Assembly: GCA_049668445.1 (NCBI GenBank)
Contig: JBATJK010000179.1
Coordinates: 10,567-74,566, forward strand
DNA: 64,000 nt
DNA from: Gemmatimonadota bacterium
GTDB taxonomy: Bacteria; Gemmatimonadota; Gemmatimonadetes; Palauibacterales; Palauibacteraceae
Direction of reading: 5' to 3'
Part shown: piece by piece, positions 10,252 to 20,803 of the stretch
Layout of the letters: each line of letters opens with the position of its first letter
Numbering within the stretch: the stretch's first letter is position 1
Program-made: the position numbers and the translations under genes
The notes under the pieces: model-generated
The model's input: only the letters and a program-made list of their open reading frames with translations
What the model was told of the DNA's origin: nothing
Databases searched by the model: none

Positions 10252-11547
10252 TCAGAAACCGGCTCCCTTGAACGCCGGGCGCTCCGCGTCAAGCTCCCTG
10301 TATCGCCGGAACAGCTCGAGCTGTCGATGATCCAGGGACGTGATGGTGCCGCGGATCACGACGGCCTCGGCCCGGGTCGAGAGCTCGAAGGGATCCCCGG
10401 TCCACACGACCAGGTTGCCCACCTTGCCAGGCTCCAGCGAACCATATCGGTCCGCCACTCCCAGGGCCCGCGCGGGCGCCAGGGTCACGGCCCGCAGTGC
10501 GACGTCCCAGGGCAACCCGAAGCGCACAGCGTTTCCCGCCTCCAGGACCAGCCAGCGAGCGTTGTGCGAGTTGAAGCTCCCGATAATGACGTCCACCCCG
10601 GCGCGCTCGAGCAGCGTCGCGTTGTCGAACCGCGAACCGAGGCGATCGAATCCACCCGGACTGTTGGTGAGCGGCTTCAGGATCACCGGCACTCCAGCAG
10701 CGACAATGCGGTCCGCGACCATCCAGGCCTCTTCCCCCCCGGAGATCACGAGGTCCAACCCGTACTCATCGGCGATGCGCAGGACGGCCTCGATGTCGCT
10801 GGCCCTGTGGACGCTCACGATCAGCGGTGTTTCGCCGTCCAGCACCGGACCCAGGGCCTCGAGGTCCAGCCTCGAGGCTGCGAGCTCGCGCGTGCGGCCG
10901 GCCGAGAACGCGGCCTGGTTTTCGCGCCAGAACCCGGCGTCGTCGAGCACCTCGCGGAGACGCAACGAAGTGCCGCCCCTGGCTCCGCCGGCTACCCCGG
11001 CGCTGTAGCTCGCCACCATCGCCGCACGGGATCGTACGATCATCTCGCCGACGGATGAGCCCGCCAGGTCGATGATCGCCGCCTGCCCGGCGATCAGTCC
11101 TCCGCCGGGAGCTGAGAGCACCGTGGTGAGCCCGGCCGCCCGGTTCACCGGGATCAGTACGCTGCGCGGGTTGATTCCGTCGACGACGTCGAAGGCTGCC
11201 CTCACCGGGTCACCCTGCAGCTGTGCATCAACGGTCGAACTCACCATGCCAACCTCGACCAGGCCCAGCGACGTGGTGGCGTCGAACAGACCTGGAGTCA
11301 CGACCCGACCGGTGGCATCGAGAGTCGGGACGCCGGCGGGTACCTCGATGTCGTGCCCGATCGCGGCGATGACCCCATCCCTGACGAGCACGGTGGCGCC
11401 CTCGAGCACCTCGCCAGTCACGGTGTGCACGGTGCCTCCGGTCACGGCCAGATCCTGCCCGACAGCGATCGCCGGGGTTCCCGCCAGCAGCGCGAACAGG
11501 ATCGCCAGGCGCGCCGTTCTCCTCGGACCTCTGCTCAGCCCGTTCAT
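10252..11547 (-). CDS. Amidohydrolase-family protein (metal-dependent hydrolase, secreted)
   Basis: Signal peptide; amidohydrolase fold with a C-terminal conserved Asp region; start ATG overlaps the stop of the upstream paralog (ATGA). Confidence 0.75.
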   Translation of the reverse strand: MNGLSRGPRRTARLAILFALLAGTPAIAVGQDLAVTGGTVHTVTGEVLEGATVLVRDGVIAAIGHDIEVPAGVPTLDATGRVVTPGLFDATTSLGLVEVGMVSSTVDAQLQGDPVRAAFDVVDGINPRSVLIPVNRAAGLTTVLSAPGGGLIAGQAAIIDLAGSSVGEMIVRSRAAMVASYSAGVAGGARGGTSLRLREVLDDAGFWRENQAAFSAGRTRELAASRLDLEALGPVLDGETPLIVSVHRASDIEAVLRIADEYGLDLVISGGEEAWMVADRIVAAGVPVILKPLTNSPGGFDRLGSRFDNATLLERAGVDVIIGSFNSHNARWLVLEAGNAVRFGLPWDVALRAVTLAPARALGVADRYGSLEPGKVGNLVVWTGDPFELSTRAEAVVIRGTITSLDHRQLELFRRYRELDAERPAFKGAGF

Positions 11548-13007
11548 CGTCCACCTCCCTGGCCGGCATCGGGTAGGATCCCGAGTTCGAAGTCACTGCT
11601 GGGATTGCCCTCGGTCCGGGAGCGGTCGTAGACCACCGCGCCGTCGATGAACACCTGGTCGGCGCGGCTGTACACGCTGAACGGATCGCCGGACCAGACG
11701 ACCACGTCGCCCGCCTTGCCGGATTCCAGGGAGCCCGTCTCTTCGTCGATTCCGAGGGCCCAAGCCGGGTTGATCGTGACCCAGCGCAGTGCCTGGTCAC
11801 GAGTCACGCCGATGCCCGCGCTGCGTCCGGCGTACATGGCCCGGGCAGCGTTCTGGTTCAGTATCTGGATCTCCAGCCCGCTGTCCGTATGAAGGATGGC
11901 GCGCGCTCCCGCTTCGGTCAGAAGGGCCAGGTTCTGCGGAATGCCGTCGAGGGCCTCCATCTTGAATCCCCACCAGTCCACCCACACGGAAGCGGCCACG
12001 TTCTCCTCCGCGAGGCGGTCCCGGATCTTGTAGGCCTCCGTCGCGTGATGGAACGAGCGAATCGAGAACCCGAACTCGTGTGACAGCTCGAGCATCGTGA
12101 GCATGTCGTCGGCCCGGTAGCAGTGGTTCTGAATCAGGATGTTGCCGCGCAGGACTTCCGCCAGCGTCTCGAGTTCGAGATCTCGATCGGGGCGGTCGGC
12201 CTGCCGGTCGCCCGCGAGCCACTCGTCCCAGCGTTCACGGTACTTCTCGGCCCGGATGAAGGCCGCGCGATACCCGGCCACGTTGCCCATCCGGGTGGAT
12301 GGACCACGACTCGCGTACACGCGCTTCGGATTCTCTCCGCACGCCATCTTCAGGCCCATCGGAGCGCCCGGGAACATCATGTCCGTCGCGCCACGTCCCG
12401 GGACCAGCTTCAGGGTCACACCTCGACCACCGATCAGGTTGGCGCTTCCCGGCAGGGACTGCAGCGTGGTCACTCCGCCGGCGAGAGCTCTCCAGAAGCC
12501 CGGGTCCTGGGGCCACACGCCGTGCTCGGCCCAGACTTCGGCCGTGACCGGGTTGGTGGCCTCATTGCCCTCCCCCATGCCCTCGACGCTCGGCGACGGA
12601 TACACGCCGAGGTGCGAGTGGGTATCGATGATTCCCGGGGTGACGAATCGACCGGCCGCCTCGATCACGGTCGCTCCATCGGGTGCGTCGAGCCCGACCC
12701 CGATCGACTCGATTCGACCGTCGACGAGCAGCACGTCCCCGCCCTCGATCTCCTCGCCAGCGGCCGTCATGACGGTCCCTCCGCGAATCAGAACCGGGCT
12801 CGAGGCCAGCGGCTCGTACGATGACTCCCAGGCACCATTCGGTGTCCCGTTCAGAAGCTGCCGATCCGCTACGGTCCGGCCCGCTTCACCGCCGGCCGAA
12901 GCGTCGGGTCCGCTTGCCGGGGTGCTGCCCCCGGAAGCGCATCCGGCCGCCATGAGCGCGGCGAAGAAGAGGGACACCGCCCTCGAACGGGAACGTCGTT
13001 CTGCCAT
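11544..13007 (-). CDS. Amidohydrolase-family protein (lipoprotein), tandem paralog
   Basis: HxH metal motif IIDTHSHLG; lipoprotein signal MAERRSRSRAVSLFFAALMAAGCASGG; GGAGA RBS upstream of the Met at 13007. The track ORF extends further upstream but lacks a signal peptide or RBS. Confidence 0.75.
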   Translation of the reverse strand: MAERRSRSRAVSLFFAALMAAGCASGGSTPASGPDASAGGEAGRTVADRQLLNGTPNGAWESSYEPLASSPVLIRGGTVMTAAGEEIEGGDVLLVDGRIESIGVGLDAPDGATVIEAAGRFVTPGIIDTHSHLGVYPSPSVEGMGEGNEATNPVTAEVWAEHGVWPQDPGFWRALAGGVTTLQSLPGSANLIGGRGVTLKLVPGRGATDMMFPGAPMGLKMACGENPKRVYASRGPSTRMGNVAGYRAAFIRAEKYRERWDEWLAGDRQADRPDRDLELETLAEVLRGNILIQNHCYRADDMLTMLELSHEFGFSIRSFHHATEAYKIRDRLAEENVAASVWVDWWGFKMEALDGIPQNLALLTEAGARAILHTDSGLEIQILNQNAARAMYAGRSAGIGVTRDQALRWVTINPAWALGIDEETGSLESGKAGDVVVWSGDPFSVYSRADQVFIDGAVVYDRSRTEGNPSSDFELGILPDAGQGGGR

Positions 13008-13149
13008 CTCGAATCTCCTTAGGAACTTGTTGCGGACCGCCCCCCATCCACCGCCGGATCCTACCCGGCGCCCGGAAGCCGCCAATGTAGCCGATTCTCG
13101 AGAAAATCCGGCAATCGACGAAGATCGAGGCGGCTCGTCCGGGCAGCCC

Positions 13150-14214
13150 CTAGGCGCAGACCCGGTAGTCCTCGATCTCGCGCCGCCCCAGGGCGTCAAG
13201 GGCTCCGCGAATTTCCTCGCGAGCTCCCGATGACCCGACCGCGGCGAGCACGTACGGGTCATCCCTGGAGGCCAGAATCTTGAAGCCACCCGGATCCAGC
13301 ACGGGCGCCCCGTGGATCTCCTGGCCGATCTTTCGCACGTCGAGATCTACGAACGCTGTGACCGGGCGCCCCTGCCTGATGAGTTCGCGGGCCAGCGGTT
13401 TCCCGACTTTGCCCGCTCCCCAGACGACGAGGGGACGCGATACCGGGAGAAAGGCCTGGTCGAGGAAGTGCACCTTGCAGCGCCGGAAAGCCCCGGCTGA
13501 GTACCGATCCGAGGCGAGCGAATGACGGTCGGGACGCACCCGCCAGCGCAGCAGCGGCTCCGGGAGGTTCCCGATCCGCATTCCGGCGGCGTGCAACCTC
13601 AGAATCAGGTCGTAGTCCTCTGGCCAACCCGGATCACGATAGCCGCCAAGACCGGAGAGAACCGATCGGCGGATCATCAAGGTGGGGTGAGCCACCGGAC
13701 ACTCGACGAACAGGTCGCGCCATAGCTCAGCGGGATCGGAGAGCCCGTTCAGCCAGGCCTCGTAGCGTCCGTAGCCTTCGCCGACTTCGGAGCGCGGAAA
13801 CAGCTCTACCGCGGTTCCACACGCACCGAGGCCCGGACGGGCCGCCAGGAAGTCCCGCTGGAGCTCCAGGCGCCGGGTCCCGGCGATGTCGTCTCCGTCC
13901 ATGCGGGCCAGGAGCGGGGCCCGGGAAGCGGATACCGCCAGATCGAGGGCACGGACGAGGCCGTCTTCGAGCATTCCTTCCTCGGGCGTCCCGTCCTCCC
14001 CGCGCCGCGGGGACCCGGGGGCGACTTCGAGAACCTGCACCCGGTCGTCCCTGGCGGACCACCGACGTAGCAGCGCCCCAGTCTCATCGGTGGACCGATC
14101 GTCGACGGCCAGGACCTCGTAGTCCGGCAATGACTGCGCCTCGAGACTCTCGATGCACTCGGGCAGCCAGAGGGCCATGTTCCGGCACGGCAGAAGAACG
14201 GAGACTTCAGGCAC
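13150..14214 (-). CDS. Family 2 glycosyltransferase with an extra C-terminal domain
   Basis: GT-A N-terminus VSVLLPCRNMALWLPECIESLEAQSLPDYEVLAVDDRSTDET; DxD-like MDGDD. Confidence 0.75.
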   Translation of the reverse strand: MPEVSVLLPCRNMALWLPECIESLEAQSLPDYEVLAVDDRSTDETGALLRRWSARDDRVQVLEVAPGSPRRGEDGTPEEGMLEDGLVRALDLAVSASRAPLLARMDGDDIAGTRRLELQRDFLAARPGLGACGTAVELFPRSEVGEGYGRYEAWLNGLSDPAELWRDLFVECPVAHPTLMIRRSVLSGLGGYRDPGWPEDYDLILRLHAAGMRIGNLPEPLLRWRVRPDRHSLASDRYSAGAFRRCKVHFLDQAFLPVSRPLVVWGAGKVGKPLARELIRQGRPVTAFVDLDVRKIGQEIHGAPVLDPGGFKILASRDDPYVLAAVGSSGAREEIRGALDALGRREIEDYRVCA

Positions 14215-14223
14215 GTTTGGCCC

Positions 14224-17112
14224 TCATCCGGCCCGGGCGTCGGAATCGCGCGTGGACGGCGCGACACCCTCCGCGGCGCGAGCGACCTCCAGGTGTTGAG
14301 CCAGGTGTCTGCCCGTATGGGATCCCGGAGCCTTCATGACGTCGGCCGGTGTCCCGGCCACCACCACGCGTCCCCCGGCGTCCGCCGCCTCGGGTCCGAG
14401 ATCCACGATCCAATCCGCGGCGGCGATCACGTCCAGGTCGTGTTCGACCACGACGACCGTGTTCCCGGCCTCCACGAGTTGCCCCAGCACCCCCAGGAAT
14501 CGCCCGATTTCGCCCAGCCCCAACCCGACCGTCGGCTCGTCCATGATGTAGATGCGTTGCTTCTTCGACGAGCGCCGCGCGAGTTCCCGAGCCACCTTGA
14601 GCCGCTGCGCCTCACCTCCCGACAGCGTCGTCGCCGACTGTCCGAGCCGCAGGTACCCGAGCCCGACCCTCTGGAGCTGCCATAGCGCCTGTCCCAGGCG
14701 GTCCTGCCGGATGAAGAACCGGATCGCCTCGTCCACGGTCAGGTTCAGCACATCCCTGATGCTGCGACCGCGATACCGCACCTCGAGGGTCTCGGGCTTG
14801 AACCGGCGGCCCTGGCACACCTCGCAGGGCATCGACACATCAGCCAGGAACACCATCTCCACGACTTCTTCGCCGGCGCCCTTGCAGGCTTCGCACCGTC
14901 CCCCCTGGACGTTGAAACTGAAGTGGCCGGCCCCGAACCCGCGCCGCTTCGCCTCCGGCTGTTCGGCGAACAGGCGGCGAATCTCGTCGTATGCCTTGAT
15001 ATAGGTGATCGGATTCGAGCGCGGCGTGCGCCCGATGGGGCTCTGGTCGACCAGGACGACCTCCTCCAGCAGCTCGGCCCCGGCCAGGGATCGCCACTGC
15101 CCCACGGCTTCTCCCAGGTGACGCCGGGTGGACGAGGTTCCGCGCAGGGTCTTCTCCAGGGCCTGATACAGCACGTCGTGCACGAGCGTGGACTTGCCCG
15201 AGCCGGACACTCCCGTCACCACGGTGAGCCGCCCCAACGGAATCGCGACGTCGAGCTCCCGCACGTTGTGGAGCGTCGCGCCCTCCAGTCGCAGCCACGC
15301 CCCGGGGAGCCCTGGCGCCGCCCGGCGGGAGGATGGGAGACGCTCGCGGAGGGCTCGGCCCGTGGCCGTGTCCGCCTTCGCCAGGCCGGCAAAGGACCCG
15401 TCGAACACGAGCTCCCCACCGTGCTCGCCGGCCCCGGGGCCCAGTTCGAGCACCCTGTCCGCTCGACGCATCACCGACGTTTCGTGCTCGACCACCAGGA
15501 CCGTGTTGCCCCGATCTCTCAACTGGCACAGGACCCCGAGAAACTGCTCGACATCTCTCGCGTGCAGTCCTATCGTCGGCTCGTCCAGGACGTACAGGGT
15601 GTCCACCAACCGGCTCCCCAGGCTCCCGGAAAGACGGATTCGCTGCATCTCACCACCCGACAGGGTCCGTGCCTGGCGATCCATGGACAGGTAGCCGAGG
15701 CCGACGGAGGACATGAACTCCAGGCGATCGGCGAGTTCACGAAGCAGCGTCTCCGAGACGCGCGCCTCGAACGGCGACAGGTCGAGCCCGGCCAGCCACT
15801 GCCTCAGCTCGTCCACGGTGAGCGCCGCCGCCGCGGCGATGTCGAGCCCCCCCACACGCACGTGCAGCGCCGCGGGTTGGAGCCGCGTGCCCTCGCAGCG
15901 ATGACAGGTCTCCGGCAGCTGGTACTGACGGAGGAAGACACGGATGTACTGCTTGTACCGCTTTCGCTCGCGGGAGTGCAGGAAGGGAATCATGCCAATG
16001 AAATCGGACGTGCCATCCAGCAACTCCTCGCGGAGCGACTCGGGCAGCGCCCGCCAGGGGAGGGTCGGGTCCACACCTCGACGCGCCGCCAGTTCCAGTA
16101 CCTCGGCCGCTTCGCGGTAGTAGCGGGGTTTGGTCCACGGGTCGAGCGCACCATCCACCAGCGGTCGGTCGGGGTCCGGTACGATCAGGTCGAGTGCGTA
16201 CTCGAGGGTGGCCCCGAAACCGTTGCACACCGGACACGCGCCGGTCGGGTGGTTGAAGCTGAACAGGATCGGCGTAGGGTCCGGGAACTCACGGCCGCAA
16301 TCCGAGCAGCGGAATGCCTCCGCGAAGGGAATTCGCCTCTGCACTTCCGAGGTGTGCCCGCCCGGGCGCACAACCACGAGTACCTCGGCGAGTCCGTGTC
16401 CCTCCGCGAATGCGCCGGCGAGCGAGTCGGACAGTCTCTCACGGCTGTCCTCAGCCACAACGACCCGGTCCACGACGACCAGCACCTCGCCGGCCGAGTC
16501 GAGGCGCGTCGCGTCGGGCGGCGGCGACTCGTCCCCGTAGTCCAGGTCGTCCACGTGGTGCTCGGCCCCATCGATCATCACCCGCACGTAGCCCCGGGCA
16601 CGGAGATTCTCCACCGCCGCCTGGTGCGTAAGCCCCGCGCTGCGCTCGAGCGGAAACGTCACGTAGACGGGTGTGTCCGCGGGGAGAGCCAGGACCTCGT
16701 CGGTGGCGGACTGCACGGTGTCGGGGACGACGCGCTTGCCACAATCCGGGCAGACCGTATGCCCCACCCGACTCCACAGCAGACGCATGTAGTCGTAGGT
16801 CTCGGTCGTGGTGCCCACCGTCGAGCGGCTCGACTGCACCGTGTTTCTCTGATCGATCGCCACGGAGGGAGCGACGCCGTCGATCCAATCCACGGCCGGC
16901 TTGGGCATCCGTTCGAGGAACTGTTTGGCGTAGGTCGAGAGGGATTCGACGTACCGGCGCTGGCCCTCCGCGTACACCGTGTCGAATGCCAGGCTCGACT
17001 TCCCGGAGCCGCTGGGTCCGGTCAGTACGGTCAGCGCCCGGTGAGGGATTTCGACGTCAACCCCCTTCAGGTTGTTCTGCCGGGCGCCGCGTACGCGAAT
17101 GGAGGTGAGCAT
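14224..17112 (-). CDS. uvrA: Excinuclease ABC subunit A
   Basis: Two ABC ATPase modules (GPSGSGKSSLAFDT; GVSGSGKSTLV), zinc-finger Cys clusters and LSGGE signature motifs. Start at the internal Met MLTSIRVRGARQNNLK. Confidence 0.97.
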   Translation of the reverse strand: MLTSIRVRGARQNNLKGVDVEIPHRALTVLTGPSGSGKSSLAFDTVYAEGQRRYVESLSTYAKQFLERMPKPAVDWIDGVAPSVAIDQRNTVQSSRSTVGTTTETYDYMRLLWSRVGHTVCPDCGKRVVPDTVQSATDEVLALPADTPVYVTFPLERSAGLTHQAAVENLRARGYVRVMIDGAEHHVDDLDYGDESPPPDATRLDSAGEVLVVVDRVVVAEDSRERLSDSLAGAFAEGHGLAEVLVVVRPGGHTSEVQRRIPFAEAFRCSDCGREFPDPTPILFSFNHPTGACPVCNGFGATLEYALDLIVPDPDRPLVDGALDPWTKPRYYREAAEVLELAARRGVDPTLPWRALPESLREELLDGTSDFIGMIPFLHSRERKRYKQYIRVFLRQYQLPETCHRCEGTRLQPAALHVRVGGLDIAAAAALTVDELRQWLAGLDLSPFEARVSETLLRELADRLEFMSSVGLGYLSMDRQARTLSGGEMQRIRLSGSLGSRLVDTLYVLDEPTIGLHARDVEQFLGVLCQLRDRGNTVLVVEHETSVMRRADRVLELGPGAGEHGGELVFDGSFAGLAKADTATGRALRERLPSSRRAAPGLPGAWLRLEGATLHNVRELDVAIPLGRLTVVTGVSGSGKSTLVHDVLYQALEKTLRGTSSTRRHLGEAVGQWRSLAGAELLEEVVLVDQSPIGRTPRSNPITYIKAYDEIRRLFAEQPEAKRRGFGAGHFSFNVQGGRCEACKGAGEEVVEMVFLADVSMPCEVCQGRRFKPETLEVRYRGRSIRDVLNLTVDEAIRFFIRQDRLGQALWQLQRVGLGYLRLGQSATTLSGGEAQRLKVARELARRSSKKQRIYIMDEPTVGLGLGEIGRFLGVLGQLVEAGNTVVVVEHDLDVIAAADWIVDLGPEAADAGGRVVVAGTPADVMKAPGSHTGRHLAQHLEVARAAEGVAPSTRDSDARAG

Positions 17113-17291
17113 GCGGCGATGATGAACCCGCGACGGGGGAGCGTCAAACGACACGGGTGGAACGCCACCCTCATGCCGGGTATGTTCGGGGAGCCTGACC
17201 CTCGAGCATCGGAGAATCGACCCTGCAGACATCGCCGGAAGGGCCCGTCCAGGAAGAAGAAGCGCTGGGCAAGGCGTACGACGCGCGCCTC

Positions 17292-19118
17292 ATGCGGCGG
17301 CTGCTGGCCTATCTGCGCCCCTATCGGTGGTACGTGGCGACGGCCGTCGGAATCCTCATCGCCGCTTCGGGACTCGCCCTTGTCGGACCGTGGCTCACGA
17401 AGATCGCCATCGACCAGGCTTTTCCGGCCGGAGACCTGAGGTTGCTGGCCCTCCTTGCCGTCATCTACGTGGGCTCCATGCTCGTGGCAGCGGTGCTCGA
17501 ATATGCCCGCACGCTGCTGACAACCTGGATCGGCCAGCGAGTGATGGAGGACCTGCGGGGCCAGATCTTCGGCCATCTTCAACGCCTCGAACTGGCGTTC
17601 TTCGATCGAAACCCCGTGGGCCGGCTCATGACGCGGGTCACGAGCGATGTCGAGGCCCTGAACGAGATGTTCACCTCGGGCGTGGTGACGATCTTCGGGG
17701 ATGTGTTCACGATCGGCGCCATCGTCACGGCGATGCTGATCCTGGATTGGCGGCTGGCCCTGGTGACGTTCACCGTCCTGCCGATGGTCTTCGCGTCCGC
17801 CTGGCTGTTCCGGACGCGGGTGCGACGGGCCTACCGGGACATCAGGCTCCGCCTCGCGCGCATCAACGCGTTCCTCCAGGAGCGGATCAGCGGGATGAGC
17901 GTGACGCAGCTCTTCCGCCAGGAAGGGGAGACCTTCGACCGCTTCGAGGAGATCAACCGCGACCACCTGTCCGCTCACCTCAAGTCGATCACGTACTACG
18001 CGCTGTTCTTCCCAACGGTGGAGATCCTGGCCGCCGTGGCGATGGCCCTGATCATCTGGTACGGCGGATCGGAGTCGCTGCGCGGCGCCATGACCGTCGG
18101 TACGATCGCGGCGTTTCTCCAGTACGCGAGGCGTTTCTTCAGGCCGATCCAGGATCTGTCCGAGAAGTACAACATCCTGCAGAGCGCGATGGCCAGTTCC
18201 GAAAGGGTGTTCAGACTGCTGGACCGGGAACCTCACCCCGTCGAGTCCGAGCCCGGGGTGGCGCAGGCCGGCCACGCGCCGGCGGGCGCGGAACGCGTAT
18301 CGACGGCGGATTCGGCGATACCGGCCGTCCCGACCCGGGGAGGGCGGATCGAGTTCCGGAACGTCTGGTTCCGGTACGGCGACATGGAGACCGACGCCGC
18401 ACCCCTCGACGCCGAGGATGTCGACTGGGTGCTGAAGGACGTGTCGTTCACGGTCGAGCCGGGACAGCGAATCGCGATCGTCGGGGCCACGGGGGCGGGC
18501 AAGTCGACCCTGATCAACCTCCTGATGCGCTTCTACCGCCCGCAGCGAGGGACCATCTTCCTCGACGACACGGACGTCTCGCTCGTCCCCGCGTCGGAGG
18601 TGAGAAGCCGGATGGGACTGGTGCTCCAGGATGTCTACCTGTTCTCCGACACGGTTTCCAGGAACATCGATCTCGGCCGGCCCGGCGTCGGCGCGCACGA
18701 GGTGGAGGAGGCCGCGCGCCGGGTCGGAGTGGCGGCTTACGTGGACCGTCTTCCGGGCGGTTACGAGCAGCGACTCGGCGAGCGGGGCAGCAATCTCAGC
18801 GCCGGCGAGCGACAACTCCTCAGTTTCGCGCGAGCCCTTGCCGGCGACCCGGATCTGCTGATCCTGGATGAGGCCACGAGCGCCGTCGACTCAGAGATCG
18901 AGGCCCGGATCGAGATGGCCCTCGAGGCCTTGATGGAGGGTCGCACGAGCCTCGTGATCGCACACCGCCTCTCGACGATCCGGAACGCAGACCGCATCCT
19001 GGTCATGCATCATGGTGAGATTCGAGAAACCGGAACACACGACGAGCTTCTGGAACTCGGTGGGCTTTACATGCGCCTGTACCGACTCCAGTTCGCCGGA
19101 TCGCCGAGCGCCGCATGA
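17292..19118 (+). CDS. msbA: ABC exporter, fused permease/ATPase (MsbA-like lipid A flippase family)
   Basis: Six N-terminal TM helices; Walker A GATGAGKST, signature LSAGERQLLSFARAL, Walker B LILDEATSAVD; adjacent to a Kdo transferase gene. Confidence 0.8.
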   Translation: MRRLLAYLRPYRWYVATAVGILIAASGLALVGPWLTKIAIDQAFPAGDLRLLALLAVIYVGSMLVAAVLEYARTLLTTWIGQRVMEDLRGQIFGHLQRLELAFFDRNPVGRLMTRVTSDVEALNEMFTSGVVTIFGDVFTIGAIVTAMLILDWRLALVTFTVLPMVFASAWLFRTRVRRAYRDIRLRLARINAFLQERISGMSVTQLFRQEGETFDRFEEINRDHLSAHLKSITYYALFFPTVEILAAVAMALIIWYGGSESLRGAMTVGTIAAFLQYARRFFRPIQDLSEKYNILQSAMASSERVFRLLDREPHPVESEPGVAQAGHAPAGAERVSTADSAIPAVPTRGGRIEFRNVWFRYGDMETDAAPLDAEDVDWVLKDVSFTVEPGQRIAIVGATGAGKSTLINLLMRFYRPQRGTIFLDDTDVSLVPASEVRSRMGLVLQDVYLFSDTVSRNIDLGRPGVGAHEVEEAARRVGVAAYVDRLPGGYEQRLGERGSNLSAGERQLLSFARALAGDPDLLILDEATSAVDSEIEARIEMALEALMEGRTSLVIAHRLSTIRNADRILVMHHGEIRETGTHDELLELGGLYMRLYRLQFAGSPSAA

Positions 19119-19345
19119 GTGAACTCCTGGACTTCGTAGTAGGACTGGACTCACGGTGGGTGCTGGCGGGACTGCTCGTCGTGCTCGACGTGTGGGCGAT
19201 CGGGATGATCATCCGGGCGCGCCCGGCCACGAAGGTCGGGATCCTGTGGAGCGGGATCATCATCCTGTGCCCGATCATCGGGCTGCTGTTCTGGTACGCC
19301 CTCGGGCCGAAGCCCATCCCGGGAACGGCAAAGCAGGGGAACTGA
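19115..19345 (+). CDS. Small two-TM membrane protein, PLD-nuclease N-terminal domain (PLDc_N) family
   Basis: LVVLDVWAIGMIIRA...ILWSGIIILCPIIGLLFWYALGP; start overlaps the msbA stop (ATGA). Confidence 0.55.
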   Translation: MSELLDFVVGLDSRWVLAGLLVVLDVWAIGMIIRARPATKVGILWSGIIILCPIIGLLFWYALGPKPIPGTAKQGN

Positions 19346-19346
19346 G

Positions 19347-20741
19347 TCAGATCGCGGGCTTCTCGCTCAGAAGGCCCATGATCAGACGTGCCGAGGCCTC
19401 CGTCGCTCCCCGTCCGCTCTCCACGTAGCGCCGGGCCTCCCGGCCCATTTCGGCTCTGCGGCCCGGATCACCCGCAAGACCTGAGAGGATCGAAGGTACG
19501 AGGTCGGGTTCCGCCTCCACGGCGATCTCCCTCTGAACCATCTGGCGGGCCTCCCAGCGATCGTATACCGGGCCGAACAGAACGGGCAGCCCGGCCGCCG
19601 CCGGCTCGACCACGGAGTGCAGGCCCTCTCCCCCGATCCCTCCGCCGACCCAGGCCAGGTCGCACTCCAGGTACAGCTCGGCAAGGAACCCTACCGCATC
19701 CACGATCAGCGGGGGCGGCATTCCCGATCCGGGGCGGGCCGCGCCAGCCGGGGCCGGACCGGCGGACCAGAGACGTGGCTCGACTCCGAGGTGCTCCAGG
19801 CAGAGGTCGCGTATCCGCCTCACCGCCGACGCATCCGGCTCGTGGGGCACGAGAATCAGCTCCAGGTCGTCGTCCGCCCCGGTCGGCCGCGATGCCGCGA
19901 GCACAGCCGCCGCCTCGACCAGGATCCTCTCGTCCTCGGGCCACGTCGATCCTGCGCATAAACGCACCTGCCCGGACGTCCCATCCGGCAGGCGCCGACC
20001 GCTGCCGGAGCTTGCCTGCCGGGCCCGATCCACTCTCTCCAGGGCCCGTTCGAACGAGGCATCCCCCGTGACCTGGATCGCCTCCTTGCGAGTTCCCAGC
20101 AACTCGAGTCGTTCGACTTCCTCCTCGGACACCGCGCCCACGGCGTCGAGTCGACCGTAGCTCGGGACCAGGAGTTGCCGCCCGGGACCTCGCAGTCTGC
20201 TGCTGCTCGGCCGGACCGTGGCGTTGATCATCCCCAGGGGTATCTCCAGCTCCGCAGCGGCCCGTGTGAGAGCGGGCCAGGCGTCCAGCTTGGCGAACAC
20301 CATGGCGTCAGGCCGGGAGCGTTCGAGCGCCTCACGGCAGGCCGCCATAGTCTCGAGTGGAGGATATCCGGCGTAGTCCGCCGCCAGTTCGTCGAGGACG
20401 CTCTCGGCGGAGGGAGAAGAATAGCTGACCAGGAGCTGAAGGTCGGGCCTCTCCGCGCGCACACGTTCCACCACGGGGATCGCGCCGGCCAGCTCGCCCG
20501 CCGATGAGCCGTGCAGCCAGAGCAGCGGGCGGAACGGATCGCGCTCGCGCTCCGCCCAGTGCACGATATCGCCGGCGGCCGCCCGGCGACCCTCCACGGC
20601 GGCCGAAACCTTGGGGGAAGCGGCACTGAAAGCCGGAAGCAGGGGCCTCAGCGCGTTGACCGCCACGTTGTAGAGGTTCTCGAGCAGGCTCACGGGTCCT
20701 CTGGGGTCCGGTGCCCCGGCCAGGCGCCCTCTCCGGTCCAC
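19347..20741 (-). CDS. waaA: 3-deoxy-D-manno-octulosonic acid (Kdo) transferase
   Basis: N-terminal LYNVAVNALRPLLPAF and WLHGSSAGE motif characteristic of KdtA/WaaA; GT-B C-terminal half; linked to an msbA-like gene. Confidence 0.75.
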   Translation of the reverse strand: MDRRGRLAGAPDPRGPVSLLENLYNVAVNALRPLLPAFSAASPKVSAAVEGRRAAAGDIVHWAERERDPFRPLLWLHGSSAGELAGAIPVVERVRAERPDLQLLVSYSSPSAESVLDELAADYAGYPPLETMAACREALERSRPDAMVFAKLDAWPALTRAAAELEIPLGMINATVRPSSSRLRGPGRQLLVPSYGRLDAVGAVSEEEVERLELLGTRKEAIQVTGDASFERALERVDRARQASSGSGRRLPDGTSGQVRLCAGSTWPEDERILVEAAAVLAASRPTGADDDLELILVPHEPDASAVRRIRDLCLEHLGVEPRLWSAGPAPAGAARPGSGMPPPLIVDAVGFLAELYLECDLAWVGGGIGGEGLHSVVEPAAAGLPVLFGPVYDRWEARQMVQREIAVEAEPDLVPSILSGLAGDPGRRAEMGREARRYVESGRGATEASARLIMGLLSEKPAI

Positions 20742-20803
20742 TCCCGGAAGCTGTCGGGTCCCGACCGTCCACGTACTGGTTCATTATAGTACGGCAATCG
20801 TCC

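Noticed and set aside
17067-18815. 582-aa minus-strand ORF
   Set aside because: Fully antisense to the msbA-like ABC exporter, which has clear Walker and signature motifs; no domains; Arg/Gly/Pro-rich composition.
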